Assembly (NCBI GenBank): GCA_028534125.1 | Contig: CM052816.1 | Location: 49,168,001 to 49,232,000, forward strand | Direction of reading: 5' to 3' | Source: Lama glama | Taxonomy: Eukaryota | DNA: 64,000 nt | Notes under the pieces: model-generated | What the model was told of the DNA's origin: nothing | Database searches by the model: none | Seen by the model: only the letters and a program-made list of their open reading frames with translations | Shown: positions 40,236 through 54,200 of the stretch, piece by piece | Layout: each line of letters begins with the position of its first letter | Position numbering within the stretch: the first letter of the stretch is position 1 | Position numbers and translations under genes: made by a program

Positions 40236-42064
40236 TTGAAGTTTTGTTAGTTTTCACTTACTCTTTTTTAGCAGTCTTCCCAAATTGCATATGTGTGTAT
40301 AGATATGTGCACCGATGCGCATATTTACACAAAAATGTGTAATTGATAGAGAAAAGTAAGTTATAAAAATAAGCAAAAAAGATTTTTGCATTCATAATAT
40401 TTTTGTGATAAGTTTCTAAAGAGAAAAGTTACAGGTAAATGTTATATGTAAAATCATGACAGGAAATGTGTTCATGAAAATTGAAATTGCCTGTCATGAT
40501 GACATCCCTGAATGGTTCGTCATGCTCACTTCTGTGGGCCTTGAACTACTTCATCCAAAACCTTAGTGCGCTAAAGAAATCAGAAACACTGCCCTGGACA
40601 AAGATCATTGCTCTGTGAGTGTGCCTGCATTTCTGACTTTGAGTTTAGTACCCACAGGACATGCAGAAGTATGAACTGAATTCAGAATTTACTAAATGAT
40701 TTTATTTCCATTTCATTGCACTTGTTTGTAAAACTAAACTTTGACTGTCAGAGCCATTAACATTTATCCGGACCATTTAGTAAGAAATGTCTAGAAAGCA
40801 CACTTTATGATTCAGCTGTAGGGATACTAAGGTAATTGACTTGAATTTTTAGGAAGTTCTGTATTTGAACCAAAACAGCATCCTGAAGTAAAGTATGCCT
40901 TATATTACCAGGTCTTTTAAGATCCTTGACTATTACTCTTTCTTGAAGAACTTCTTTATTTCTTAGTCAACTCAGAAAGAACATTTTAATTCTACTGCAT
41001 CAAATTTTGGTAGTTCCAATGTCATTTTTCATTATGAGGAGTTCTTCTAATATGTGTTGGAAACCCTGTTAAATATTTTACTTGCAATTTGTTTTAATTC
41101 TTAAAATTGCCTAAGTGATGCTTAGATATTTTAAGCAATTTGTTCAGTTTCTCATGACTAAGAAGGCACTAATCCAGGATTTTAGTGGAATCTCACTCCA
41201 GCAGCAACTTTTAAAGCTGCACTGTAAAAGCCTTGGTTGCAAAAATTGCTTTCCACCTTCCATAGAAATTCACACATTTTACCATTGCTGTATTTCACAG
41301 GGTCTGTGCTCAACTTTTTCAGTGATTCAATAAAAACAGTTTCTGTGCTTTAAAGAAATATTGAACTCTTCTTCCCTCAAATTCCTCCATCCAATTTGAA
41401 GTTTTACAAAAGAGGGTGCCTTCAATAACTTTCTCTTTGACAAAACCAATTCTTCATTGCTGTTCTGATACTAAAACAGGCTTGTCAAGTAATGTCTATC
41501 CACTTAAGTCATTTGTGGCAATAGAGAGGCACAGATTAAAATAATGTATGATAATCTTAGTAATTTAAAAACTTTCTCCTAACAAGCTTTTTAAGATTTA
41601 GACTTTGCATTTTATAACAGTATAGTGTTCTTTCAGAAATGTTGTCTGTTTTTGCTGCTCTCCTCGTTTCATCTTATCTACACGTTAAATTATTGACAGG
41701 TTTCATGTAAAGTTTCTTGAAATATATTTCATATTTTGAAACTGCTGGTGGTGATTATGCTGAGATTACAGGAGGCAAATGCAAAGGACCTAGAATTCAG
41801 AAACCCTTATTTATCATTCAAAAAGTCAGGATCCATGTTTTCTTCTAATATTTTTTTATGTTTTGGAGGAAAAAATACCTACATTTTGGTAGTTTTTAAA
41901 TCACTTAACAGTTCCAAACATACCTTTATATCTTTTCAACAATAAAGCCAAATAAGTTTTCTTCTGATTTTGAATCATAACATTCTTGAGATTTAGAATA
42001 ACAGTTTCAATGATAGTGAATTAAATTATGTAAACTAAGTGTAGGCTAATCTAGAAAATAGTCA

Positions 42065-42125
42065 TTTTGTGGCATTTGAAAATTACTTAAACTCACTGGT
42101 CTCAGTTTTCTCATCTGTAAAATAC
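42065..42125 (+). mobile_element. MIR core fragment
   Basis: ttacttaaactcactggtctcagttttctcatctgtaaaat. Confidence 0.6.
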
Positions 42126-42466
42126 AAGCACAGCGTACTTCTTTTTTTTTAAAGATCATAATATGGATGGTGCATTCATTAATTTTACCAACAACCCATT
42201 GGATAGAATTTAATCACATGGGCACAGTTTATCATAAGCATTTTCTAGGAAATGTGTTTTTATCTTTAGGCCTATGTACCTATCTAAAAATCAAGGGTAA
42301 ATCATGCTAGGTGATAACAGTCAGCCTATTCTCCAAACAATAGTAGGGAATGATTCTTTCAAACTATTAGTTATACCATTCCTCTATTACAGACTTTGTA
42401 ATAGTTCCAGTTTCACCAAGATAAAAGCAAAAATTCAGTAGGATGGTATTCTGATACTAAGCCTTA

Positions 42467-43340
42467 CTATTTGAGCTGATAAATGTTTAAAGATTGGGTC
42501 TCTGGGAAAAATATATGTGTGTATATATTTATTTTATTAGAAAGTTTGCTAATATAAGATGCATGTGAAACAATTTACAAGTAATAATAAAACATGCAAT
42601 GTTCTTTATTCAAAATTCTCTGTGTTTATAACTTAAGACTGAATTATGATTTCTTCCAAAATCCACTCTTTAGTAATTCTGTTGCCAACAGTATTATCTC
42701 AAAATCAGTTTATGAATAAATGTTTAATCAGTATTCAGTTCAACAAAATAGCCAGTCACATCATTGACAAACATAATTCTGATACAGATGCTGTTTGATA
42801 TTTTTCTTTATGTTCAGAATAAGACAAAAGTAAAACAATGAACACATGTCCATGTTGGAGCTTCTTTTATTGATCAATGACATGAGTGACTTCTTGGTAA
42901 ATCAGCATACTGGAAGAAAATTTCCTCTTCTTTTTGTCCTATTAACAATGTAACAGCCACAGATACAATGTCATTTTAAGTTTTATCTTCATTACTAAAT
43001 TTTCCCCACCCCTTTTTTAAAACAAGTGACAATAATCAATTATACTAATTTACCACTAATTTATAGTACTGGACAATTTCTGTGTTGTAGAGACACCCAC
43101 CATCACCAATTGCATTACACCAACATGACATCCCTGAAAGGAAGTTTGAGAAGAGATATGCATTAACGCATCATTATATAGTATTTTCATAACACTGACA
43201 CAATAGATACGAGTAACTCCGAGATCATATATAGCAGTAAAGTATAGTTAAATAATTAGTAAGTGATGGGTTTTAAATATTTTATTTGATTTTAAAATAA
43301 TTTATTAATTATAAGAATATATAATTGATTTTTAATGGGA
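42467..43340. mobile_element. MER63-family hAT-Blackjack element (long, MER63C/D-like)
   Basis: gagctgataaatgtttaaagattgggtctctgggaaaa; cccaccat..accaacatgacatccctgaa..gaagagatatgca..cattatatagtatttt..aataattagtaagtgatgggtttt. Confidence 0.75.
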
Positions 43341-44819
43341 AAGTAGAAATGATCACAAAATTTTCAAGTCACCTCATTTTCATTTTGCACTGGAGGTTGA
43401 TTATTATTTATATAAAGAGAAGCGGTAACAACTCTCATTATTAGAATCTCTTACTAGAAAATATGCAAGTTAAATTTTATATTTCTAAAGAGTGCCCCTC
43501 AGGGGTGATATGGTACTGTTTTTAGAGTCAGCTCCTCAGTAACATGTCAGTGCCAAATGAAGTTGCCTTTCATTATCCAACATCTATTAGATTTGATGAC
43601 TAGTTTGATAATCATTTTACACTTCCCAGCATCAAATAAATATATTGTAAAAGTGAAAGCAAATACAAGTGGCCAAAAATTTCAAATCTACTTCTCGAAA
43701 CAAGATTGAACTCATAGATGAACGTGTATTCAATTTTGAAAGATGATATTTCTCACATTAGCTTTATTGGAGTATAATTCTTGTAAGTCAGAATGAGGCG
43801 CTTTTTTGTTTTTACCCTTAAGCAGACTCTCACATTTTTCACTCTGCTGCCTCATAAACTCCAGCAGATTGGGTTATAAATACTAAACTAGTGGGATCTG
43901 CTGGCAAATTCTAGAGTCTCTACCCACCTTTGGATTTCTGACTTTTTCTTTTAGAGGACTTCAGACCTACTCCTGCCCTTTCATACTGCAGGCTGCAGGC
44001 AAAGTCTTCCAGCAGTCACTAACTCTCGTACTTTTTCTCTGTCTCTTCCCTAGTAGTGCAGATCAAATAAAAAGGTTATGCAAATGTTATGATGAATCAT
44101 AAAATACAAGGACTGGATAGAAACACAGGCACTTCCATTGCAAGAAGATGGAATTTTGCAAGATATTCTTTTGGTGATAGTATTTATTTCTTGTTTCTTT
44201 AATAAGAGTTGGAGAATGGAAGGAAACTAGACCTTGGCAAATCAGTGAGATCAGTGCTAGCACGCTGGAGGGAATGAAGAATTTGATGTTTATTCTCTCT
44301 GATTGAGACTATTTATGAGTCTCATAAAGACTCACAGAGGAAGTTATGAATACCCTGTATCTCAGTTGTTTTATTAGTTTAAAAAAAGCTTTGTAACTGC
44401 ATCTTCTATACTATTTAAGCTCTGTAATATTATTAAAATATTTTTATATTATAAAAATGGTAGTCGTATGACTGGAAATAACAGGAAATCTCTTGCCTTC
44501 AAAAAAAGTAGAGTAAGTTAGTCCAGTCTTACTGTAAATAAGTAAACCGAATATAAGATTATACTGAGGTGACATTTTTGTAACAACACAATTTTGTCAT
44601 TTTTTCTTAGAAAATTTTGACCAAGCAAAATTTGTTTTTGTAACGTTCATCTTGTTTTCAGTGGCTTCTTCCCAGATGACACTATGCTTTTGTTGCACTT
44701 TAGAAGTCTTGCACTCAGCTAATAGTCATTCTAATATTGTCAGAAAATGAGTTCTCTGAATAATACCTTGCATATATGTAGCCTATAATTATTAATATAT
44801 TATGTATTGTTTCTTAATA

Positions 44820-44970
44820 TGAAATTATCACCTTGGCAAATAAGAAATCCCAGGATCAGAAACATCAGGAGACTACACATGCTTATAATAGCTCCTGAAG
44901 GTCAAATCTGGAAATGAACTCAAGGTATTAACAACTGCAGTTGATGCTTCTCTTTCTTCAGTAGCATGCT
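44820..44970 (-). mobile_element. MIR fragment (diverged)
   Basis: gcaaataagaaatcccaggatcaga...ctggaaatgaactcaaggt...gcttctctttc. Confidence 0.4.
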
Positions 44971-45693
44971 CCCTCCAGATTCAAAGTGTCTTTGATCGCT
45001 TTGACACCAAGCAGGATGGATCCATGAACCGTATTGCAAATGCAGGGTCTATAGAATGCTAAATGGGAAATGAGTTTCAGTAATTTTTATGATGAGAATT
45101 TGGAAAAATACAAGATGGCGATTACAACTGCTCGAAGAATTCCTCAATGACAATATAAATAAAGTTTGGATCTAAATTTAGTAAGACAGTCATCCATTCC
45201 TTTTTAATGGCACCAACCAAAAATAAAATATAAAAAAGCTCTGTCTAGTTTATAGATATAACTCCTATAGTTCTGAGTAATCCCCCAAGAAATCCTTGTC
45301 CCTTGAGTCATATAAGAAAAATTAGACAGAAATGGAAAAAAGGATTTTTGGAAATTCTAAATGTAGAAAATGAATACATTCAACCCCAAGGTCAATGTGT
45401 TCTAATAACTGGGAGGAAAGAGTCATTATTTTAGACTTAGTTATTTTCAGCTCTTTGCACATCTGATAATTTTGAAAATACACATATGTATGTGTAGGTA
45501 CAGGTGTGTATATTCTTTTTAAATATAACTAATCATTAATCTGGACAGAAAAAAAATCCAGAATGAAATGAAATATATTTTAATACTTGTTTTCTTATCA
45601 GTGTATTTAGTTTATTTTCATCATTGCACATTTATCTAGTATTTACTGTGTACAGGGGGTTAGGCTACTTATTTTGCTATAATGGAGAAATAG

Positions 45694-46495
45694 AAAAAGT
45701 CCACGAATGATAAGTGCTGGAGATGATGTGGAGAAAAGGGAACCCTCCTACACTGCTGGTGAGAATGTAGTTTGGTGCAGCCATTATGGAAAACAGTATG
45801 GAGATTCCTCAAAAGACTGAAAATAGACCTACCATATGATCCAGTAATCCAACTTCTGGGTATATATCTGGAGGGAACTCTAATTTGAAAAGATACATGC
45901 ACCCAAATATTCATAGCAGCACTGTATACAATAGCCAAGGCATGGAAGCAACCTAAATGTCCATCAACAGATGACTGGATAAAGAAGATGTGGTATATTT
46001 ATACAATGGAATACTACTCACTGATTAAAAAGAATAAACTAATGCCATTTGCAGCCACATGGATGGAACTAGAGATCTCCATTCTAAGTGAAGTAATCCA
46101 GAAAGAGAAAGAAAAATACCGTATGATACCACTTATATATGGAATCTAAAACAGAAAGAAAAAAAAGAAAAGGATGCTATGAACTAATCTACAGAACAGA
46201 AACAGACTTGCAGACATAATGAACAGTCTTATGGTTACTGGGGAAAGGGGGTGGAAAGGGATAAATTTGGGAGTTTGAGATTTGCAAATGTTGCCTGCTA
46301 TATATAAAAATAGATTAAAAAAATTAGTTTCTGTATAGCACAGGGAACTATATTCAATATCTTGTAATAACCTTTAATGAAAAAGATACAAAAATGAATA
46401 TATGTATATATATGTATGACTGGGACATTGTGCTGTACACCAGAAATTGACACATTGTAACTGACTGTACTTCAATTAAAAAAAAAATAAAAATA
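45694..46495 (+). mobile_element. 5'-truncated lineage L1 (ORF2 C-terminus, 3'UTR, A-tail)
   Basis: aagtgctggagatgatgtggagaaaagggaaccc...gacctaccatatgatccag...ggataaagaagatgtggtata...tgtaactgactgtacttcaattaaaaaaaa; in-frame stops present. Confidence 0.95.
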
Positions 46496-47424
46496 AATGT
46501 AAAATTACAAATGGAGGTAGAGTTATACTAAAAACAGAAAGTGGCATGAATTTAATGAACAACTAATTCATTAGTTTGTGCTATTGGCTTATATATGTAA
46601 CATTAGTACAGTGTTGAATTTCATAATCAAGTCGAGATATATATATATAAAATTATGATTCTTAAAAACAATGTAGAAGAATAATTGAATTTTTCCTTTA
46701 ATATAGACTATAAAAGACAGAGGAAAGATACAACAGACTGTCTAATGATGCTAAGTAAAATGTGCCTTCTGCTAGGACTATATTATGTTATAGGAAAGGA
46801 TTCTTAAACTTAGCTTGAAATTTTTTAAGATGTTTTTAATTATGGCTTAGATTTTCTTTTCACCTCGGCCTGAAATAATATAGCAAATGAGACCCAAAGA
46901 CATGTATCAACTCATGACCCAAGACAAAGATGTTACAATTATCTAGGAAAATAAATTGAGACATAGTGGTTAGGCTTTTTAATAACTATTTTATTCAGAT
47001 CTTGAAATATCTTTAATAGCTTCACTTAGGCATAGCCAGAAATGGTCTTTGGATTAATGATGTTCCTGATGTTCCTTGATGTTTCTTACTCCTTGAATTA
47101 ATGAGATGGAACAAAGTGCTGGAGTCAGCAACGGAAGTAAATATGGTACATCAATTTAAGAGGAAATTCAACAAGTTTTCCTACGAAGAAGAAATTCAGC
47201 AAACTTATGTAACTTTCGTTTTGTCATGTTATTGTTTTTTCTGGAGGCTTAGAAAATAGGATAATCGTGTTTTAGCTAATATTTCATTTCTTAATCAGTT
47301 TACATATTTGTTTGAAACTTGTTTCGTGAGATATTTTTAGGTATTAGGAAATATAGCTGTCTAATTGTATGTAGATAATAGATACAGATGTAGGAATTTC
47401 CCTTGCATTTTGGATACTTAAAAT

Positions 47425-47830
47425 TTATATTTTCTTTATCTGTTGTATTCTGAGACTCTGTGGCGATGTGTCTACATGTGGATTCTTTTTTATTTAATGA
47501 TGAGATTCACTGAGATTCCTGAATTTAAAGAGTAAGATCTTTTCTTAACTAGTTCTAGAAACTTCTCAGGTAATATTTTTCTTTCCTGTTGTCTCTTCTC
47601 TACTTTCTGCAATATCTTCTATTAGTCTCAGTCTCTCTTGTACAGTTTCCATCTGTTTTACTCTTCTGATCTATAGGTTCTTCAGAATCTGTATTCCAGT
47701 TTTTAATTTATTATGAGAGGTTTGTCTAAACTTTTAATTACGTCATCTGTTTCATTTCTTGAAATTCTGTTTTTTCCAAGTTTACCCTTTTTTATCATTA
47801 TTCCTGTAGGTTCCTTCTTTTGACTTTTAC
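47425..47830 (-). mobile_element. Ancient L1M ORF1-region fragment
   Basis: gatgtgtctacatgtggattctttt...attcactgagattcctgaattt...ttctagaaacttctcag. Confidence 0.6.
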
Positions 47831-47864
47831 TCGTCTTGGAAACCCCCAGTTTTAAGTTCCTAAA

Positions 47865-50400
47865 GTTTCTTTAATGTGAAATATGCTATACATAGAGAAA
47901 AGTTCATAAAGTATAAATGTAAAGATCAATAAGTGGGTTAGATTCTCCTTTCACTGGCTAATTACAGTATGCTAAACTTTCCTCCACTTTCTAGCAAGTT
48001 TTAATATCCAATAAAACAAATCCTCATAGCTAGTTCTTCAAAAATGTCTTGAATATGATTGACCTTTTATATTTCCCTATAAATTATAGAATTAATTTGT
48101 GTCTCTTCTTAATAAACCCTATTGGGATTTTTATTGGTATCACATTAAATAATAGATGCTATGGAGAATTGATATCTTTACAGTTCTGTATCCACCTACT
48201 TGTTTAGGTTTTCTTTCTTCCTCTTAATGTTTTATATTTTTTGCATTGAAGTCTTTCACACATTTTGTTAGAATTAATCTTAGATATTTGATATTATTTG
48301 ATGTTATTATAAATGGCATTTTCTTTAAATTTTTATTTTCTAATAATTTTATTGGCGCATGGTAACACAAATAATTCAGGCCTATTAAACTTATCTGGAG
48401 AAGCCTGTTAATCTCAATTATTTCAATAATTTATGAGATTCTTTTGATTTTTTATGTATACAATCACATCATCTTCAAGTAATAAATCTTGTATTTCTGC
48501 CTCTCTAATCCTTCAACTATTTATTTTTACTGCCTTCTGGACTGATTGATAACACCAAGTTCAGTGTTAAATAAAAATGGTGAGAAAGAGCAGGACTGCC
48601 TTTTTTTCAGTTTCAAAGAAAAAGTTTTCAAGATAGTACCTTTAACCATTACAGGTTTAAAATAATTTTGTAGATATCCTTATTCAGATTAGTGATCTTT
48701 TATATTCTTTATTTTATAGTTTCTAAAATCATGAGTATGTTTATTTTATTGAATGTTTTTCTACATCTGTTAAAATGATCAGACATTATTTCTCCTGTAT
48801 TCAATCAATATGGTAAATTATGATAAGTGATTTTCTGATGTCACGCTGACCTTACACTACTGAAATAAATCAAACTTGTTTGTTATGCATTAAACTTTAT
48901 ATTTTCTTCCAGATTTTGTTTCTTAATACTTTATGATCTTTGGATCTATATTTATTAATGGTATTGGTATATATTTTTTCTTTCTTGAAATGTTTTCATC
49001 AAGTATTGATATCCAGATTTAGTAGACACTTTTTAAATTTGTCTTACTTTATATTTCGGAAGAGTTTGGTGAAATTTGCAGTTTTTTTTTTAATAAATTT
49101 TTGCTTGTAGTTGCTAGTGAACCCATCTGAGCTTACAGATAACAAGATGAGATGGCTTTATTAGTAACTGATTCGATTTTTAAATAGTTAACAGGCCCAT
49201 GAAAGATTTGCTGTTGCTTCTTGTGCCAGTTTCAGTAAAATACAGTATCCTTGATTTTGTCCATGTCTTGTATATTTTCTAATTTATTGACTTAAAACTG
49301 TTCATATTTTCTTACACCTAAAAGCAAATTCTGTAGAATCTGTAGTAATGCTCCCCTTCTCATACCTAAATCTAGTTATTTGTGCCTTCTCTCTTTTATC
49401 TTGATTATTCTTTTCTTTCTGTTGTATTTTTTTCATTAATTTCTGCTTTTCTTTATTTTCTTTCTCTTATATTCCTTGTGTATTACCTTTAAATTATAAG
49501 ATAGTCTGTTTATTTTTATCATTTTTTCTTTCCTTCAACATCTGATTAAAGCTGTAAATTTTTCTCTAAGGATGGCTTTAGTTGTATCTCATTGGTTTGA
49601 TTTGTAGTATTTTCATTACCATTCATCTCAAAACATTTTCTAATTATCACTGTGACTTTTTTTTTTGGCCCATATGCTATTTAAAAGTATATTTGTTTAT
49701 TTCTAAGCATTGGGAAATTTGTTTGTAGGTTAATGGCAATGTATTTAGAGAATATAGTCTGTATAAATTTAGTCTTTTAAATTTTGCTGAAATATGCTAG
49801 CATATGGTCATTTCCTGTGAAAAGCCCATATTTGCTTTAAAAGGATGTGCACTTTTTTGTTGAGTACAGAAATCTCTCTATATAAATTAATATATCATAA
49901 CATATGCAAACTAGCACATACAAATTTAAATCGCTAATGTTTATGTAGATTAAGTAATTTATTAATGTTGCTGTTCAAAGTTTATACATTATTTCCTAAT
50001 GCATAACTACTAAAAATGTATATACATTTTTAATTGTGTTATATTTCTCCAGATTTAATTCTTTATCAAACTTAAGTGCCCACTTTTATGTATGATGTAT
50101 TTTTATTCACTTTTTGAATTATATTTTGATAACAATATAGCTTCATCAGCTTTCTTTGGGTTAGTATTTGCAAGTGTACTGTTTTGCACCCTTTTCCATT
50201 TTCTATAATCCTGTGGTTTCTTTCTTATATATAGCACATTGTTTGATTTCATTTTTACATTTAGTTTAACAGTCTTTGTTTTTTCTCTGGAGTCTTCACT
50301 TCATTTATATTTATTATGTATCATATATTTGATTTAAAACTACCATCTTCCTGAGTGGTTTCTTGAATATGTTGTTTGATGTTATGGCTTTTTTAAAAAA
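47865..50400 (-). mobile_element. Ancient L1 (L1MC-ME type), 3' end and degraded ORF2
   Basis: Continuous T-rich antisense L1: ttgggatttttattggtatcacattaaat, tgaatgtttttctacatctgttaaaatgatc, ctagtgaacccatctgagc, tcagctttctttgggttagtatttgca. Confidence 0.8.
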
Positions 50401-50417
50401 TAAATTTGGAAAGAACT

Positions 50418-50785
50418 TGTGTTAGACTGTATTATGTTCCACCAATATTCATATGTGGAACCTCTAACCCCCAATGAGACTATATTTTGATATAGGGTCT
50501 TTGGAAGATAATTAAAGCTAAATGAAGTCATGAAGGTAGAGCCCTATTCCAGTAGTTCTGGAGTTCTTAAAGGAGAGGAAAATATCCCAGGAGCACGTGA
50601 GCACAGAGAAAAGGCCATGTGAGGATGAGTGACAAGATGGCCATCTGCAAGCCAAGGAAAGAGAACTCAGGAGAAACCCTGCTGGCTCTTTAATCTTCAA
50701 CTTCAGCCTCCAAAACTGTGAGAAATGTTTTGTTGTTTAACCCACCCAGTCTATGGTATTTTGTTAAGGTAACCCTAGTAACACA
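50418..50785 (+). mobile_element. MLT1B-like MaLR solo LTR inserted in the old L1
   Basis: tgtgttagactg..attcatatgtggaacctctaacccccaatgagactatatttt...aggccatgtgagga..gatggccatctgcaagccaagg..cccacccagtctatggtattttgtta. Confidence 0.9.
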
Positions 50786-50789
50786 GTTC

Positions 50790-51230
50790 TCCTTCATTAT
50801 CTCTTCTGTAGCCATTCCACATTACCTCTCTCTCTCTTTCTCCTTCTTTCAAGTCTTCCAGTTATACATATGGTGGATCTTCCCACAGTATTCTCTATGC
50901 CTATCTTAACAATTGTTCTGTATTCTTAAATTTTTATTCCCTTTAATCTTCATTCAGTGTATTTTCTACTGACTTATCTTCTAGTTTATTAATTTCCTTT
51001 TCAGCTACATCTAATCCTATGTTAAAGCATTGGCATGATTCTAATTGTTCTGTACTTCTATGGTTTTCATCTGATTATTTTTCTTTTAATATTTCCAAGA
51101 GTCTGATTGAATTATTAATGCAACTTTTATCTTCTTGAATAGAACAGTCATAGTAACATCTATGCCTGAGTATCCTGATATCTGTAGTCTCATTGCATCA
51201 TTTCAATTGTTTTTTATTTTTATTATTCTC
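50790..51230 (-). mobile_element. Ancient L1 ORF1-region fragment
   Basis: ttctactgacttatcttctagtttattaatttccttttcagctacatctaatc. Confidence 0.6.
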
Positions 51231-51234
51231 AGGT

Positions 51235-54200
51235 TCTTTACCTTTTACGAATGACATGATTGACTACAATAGAAAATTCCAAAGGATCAACAATGGAAAA
51301 AAAAACAAACACTACTGGAAGTAATGAGTGATTATAAGAGTGTAGCAAAACCACAGGATAGATCAATATACAAAGGTCAGTTGGTTTTCTATGCATTTGC
51401 AGTGATAGATTGGAATATGAAGTTTAAAATTAACACCATGTTAATAGCACAGAAAATAAAATACTTATGTGTAAATCTAACAAAATATGTACAGAATTTA
51501 TATATGTAAGATGAAAAACTTTGATGAGAGAAGCTAAAGAAGACCCAAACAAATAGAGAGATACTCTGTGTGAATGTTGAGAAGACTCAGGGTTGTTGTC
51601 ATTTCTTTCTGAATTAATCTATAGATTACTGCAAGTCTTATTAAAATCTCAGCATATTTTATAGGCATTGATAATGCTACCAGGTCTCATGACATTATAT
51701 GAAGCTAGAGTAAATCCTGACAGTGTGGTATTGGCAAAATAACAGACATGTAGGTCAATGAAATAGAAAAGAGAGCTCAGAAAAGAAAAACAGAAAACTG
51801 ATTTATAGTTAACTAATTTTTTACAAAATAGGAAAAATCAGTTTATTGGAAAGGGTAACTTTTCAGCAAATGATGCTGGAAAAATCAGAAGTCTATATGC
51901 AAAAAAAGAAAAGAACCTAGACACAGACTTTACACTTTTACAAAAATTAGCTCCAAATGAATCATAGACCTCAAAGTAAAATGTAAAACTCTAAAATTCT
52001 AACTTCTAGAAGAAAACATACCAGAAAACCAGGTGACCTTGGGTTTTGTGTTGAATTTTTAGATATAACACCAAAAGCCTGATCCACAAAAGAAAAAACA
52101 TAAGTTGGACTTTATTAAAGTAAAAACTTATGTTTCATGAAAGGCATTGTTAAGAGAATTAATATATTAACCCGAGACTGAAGAAAATATTTACAAAACA
52201 CATATATGGTAGAAGACTTGTATCCGGTATTTGCAAAGAGCTCTTACAACTCAACATTAAGAAAACAGTCAAATTTTAAAATGGCCAAAAGATCTGAATA
52301 AATACCTTAACAAGAATGTACGTAGATGGCAAGTAAGCATGTGAAAAATAATGCTCAACATCATTTGTAATTAAAGAACTGCAATTTAAAACAAAAATAA
52401 AGTATTACTATCTACCTATTAAAATGGTTAAAAATCCAAAAATATGACAATATTAGTTGCTAGTAAGGATGCAGAACAATAGGAATTATCATTTCTTGCT
52501 GGTGGAAATAAAAATGATACAGCCATTTCAGAAGACACATTAGCAGTTTCTTACAAAGATAAAGAGTTTTACCATACAATCCAACAGTTGCACTCCTAGG
52601 CATTTATCCAAATGATTTGAAAACGTGTCCACAGAGAAAACCGTTCATGAATGCTTTAGCGACTTTCTTCACAATCACCAAAAACTGGAGAAAATCAAGA
52701 TGTCCTTCAAAAGATGAGCTGATTTTTTAAAAGTATGTTTTATTTATACAACTATATTGTTTTCTATGACAACGATGATTGAGTTACTGAGTCATGAAAA
52801 TCATGGGGGCATCTTAAGTGTACATTGCTAAGTGAAAGAAGCCAGTCTCAAAATGCTATGTAATATATCATTCCATTACAGTCTAGCAAAGCATTAGTAA
52901 CTGAAAAAAATCAATTGTTGCTTTTTAGCGGAGGGAGGATGAGTAGATGAATAGTCAAGTTTTTAGGGTGGTGAAACTATTCTCTATGATCTTGCAATAC
53001 TGGATACAAGATCTTAAGCATGGAACTTTCCATCACAGAGTTAAGCTTACTGAATGTAAAATTAAAAAAAAAAAATTAATAGTGGACATGGTCCAAGGAT
53101 GGAATGCAGAATGTGACAAAATAATCAAAGTACATTACAAATGAATGAAACCATCTCACTGAATGGATGGAGGGAGAGGATGCTAACTTACATAACTTCA
53201 GAAATGAGCAGACTGTGTAAGACTAAAGGCAATAGAAACTTTATCTAAGCACTATTCTGTAGTTGATAAAAATATTTCCCATGACGGTACAGACTTAGAA
53301 TTCTGATACCCCTATTTATGTATACTGGAAGTAAGTGAATGAAAAATTGTGGGAATCAGATTTCTCAGTCTCAGTGTGGGAGGTTACAAATAAGCAAGGG
53401 AGGAGTCAAGAATGATTCATATGGCAATACAGTAGCTAGCAGATTAGAGCTGAAGACATCAGTATGAACTCATGTTTAGTTTAATATAGATACAGGTAGC
53501 TGCATATGGAAATATAGAGAGAACTGTATTTTAAAGTATATATAGAAATATACATATATAGTTAGTACACATATATTCCCTTGCTCTGCCAGCTGAGATG
53601 ATCTAGAAGAAATGTCACCTCAGTAGCAATCAGCACACATAGCATCCAGATCTCAATTTCTAATACCATTTTCTAGTAACAAGTCAGAGCTTCTTGGAGA
53701 AACAACTGAATCTAGGACTAGGGCAAGAAATAAAAAAGATAGCTTTGAGTATTTTGTAATGCCAGAAAGAAAGGAAGAGATTTTTAAAAATTACACTGTT
53801 AGAAGTGTGTCAAAGGGACCCAGGAACCACCTGAAAAAGCTCCAGTAGCCAAACCTGGAGGAATTTGGGAAAAATAAAAATAATAGTAATGAAGTAGTAT
53901 TGGATTATAGACTAAAATATAAAATAAATATCCATGAGTACATCAATATAAATTAGTGATTGAATAAATAGAGAAGAGAAAAATCTTTTATGCAGAAAAA
54001 TTCCAAATGATATACACAGATACTATGCTCTCAAGAAAGTGGAGCACAAATCCCCACTCTTATGTGTGGCTTGACCATGGTAACTTTCTCCCTAAGAGCA
54101 CAGGATAGAAACGGGGAAATGAGTAACTTTACAATGAAGAAATACAATAAACACTACCTCAGCCATTTGATCATGATCAAAGTAACAGTAATAAATCATG

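Noticed and set aside
40496..40636. Possible C/D box snoRNA (ATGATGA ... CTGA)
   Set aside because: No terminal stem and no recognisable rRNA or snRNA guide; both boxes are short and common.
45680..46520. TSD for the L1 at 45694-46495 (aatggagaaatag vs aatggaggtag)
   Set aside because: Needs an indel and a mismatch and is offset from the A-tail, so it is not reliable.
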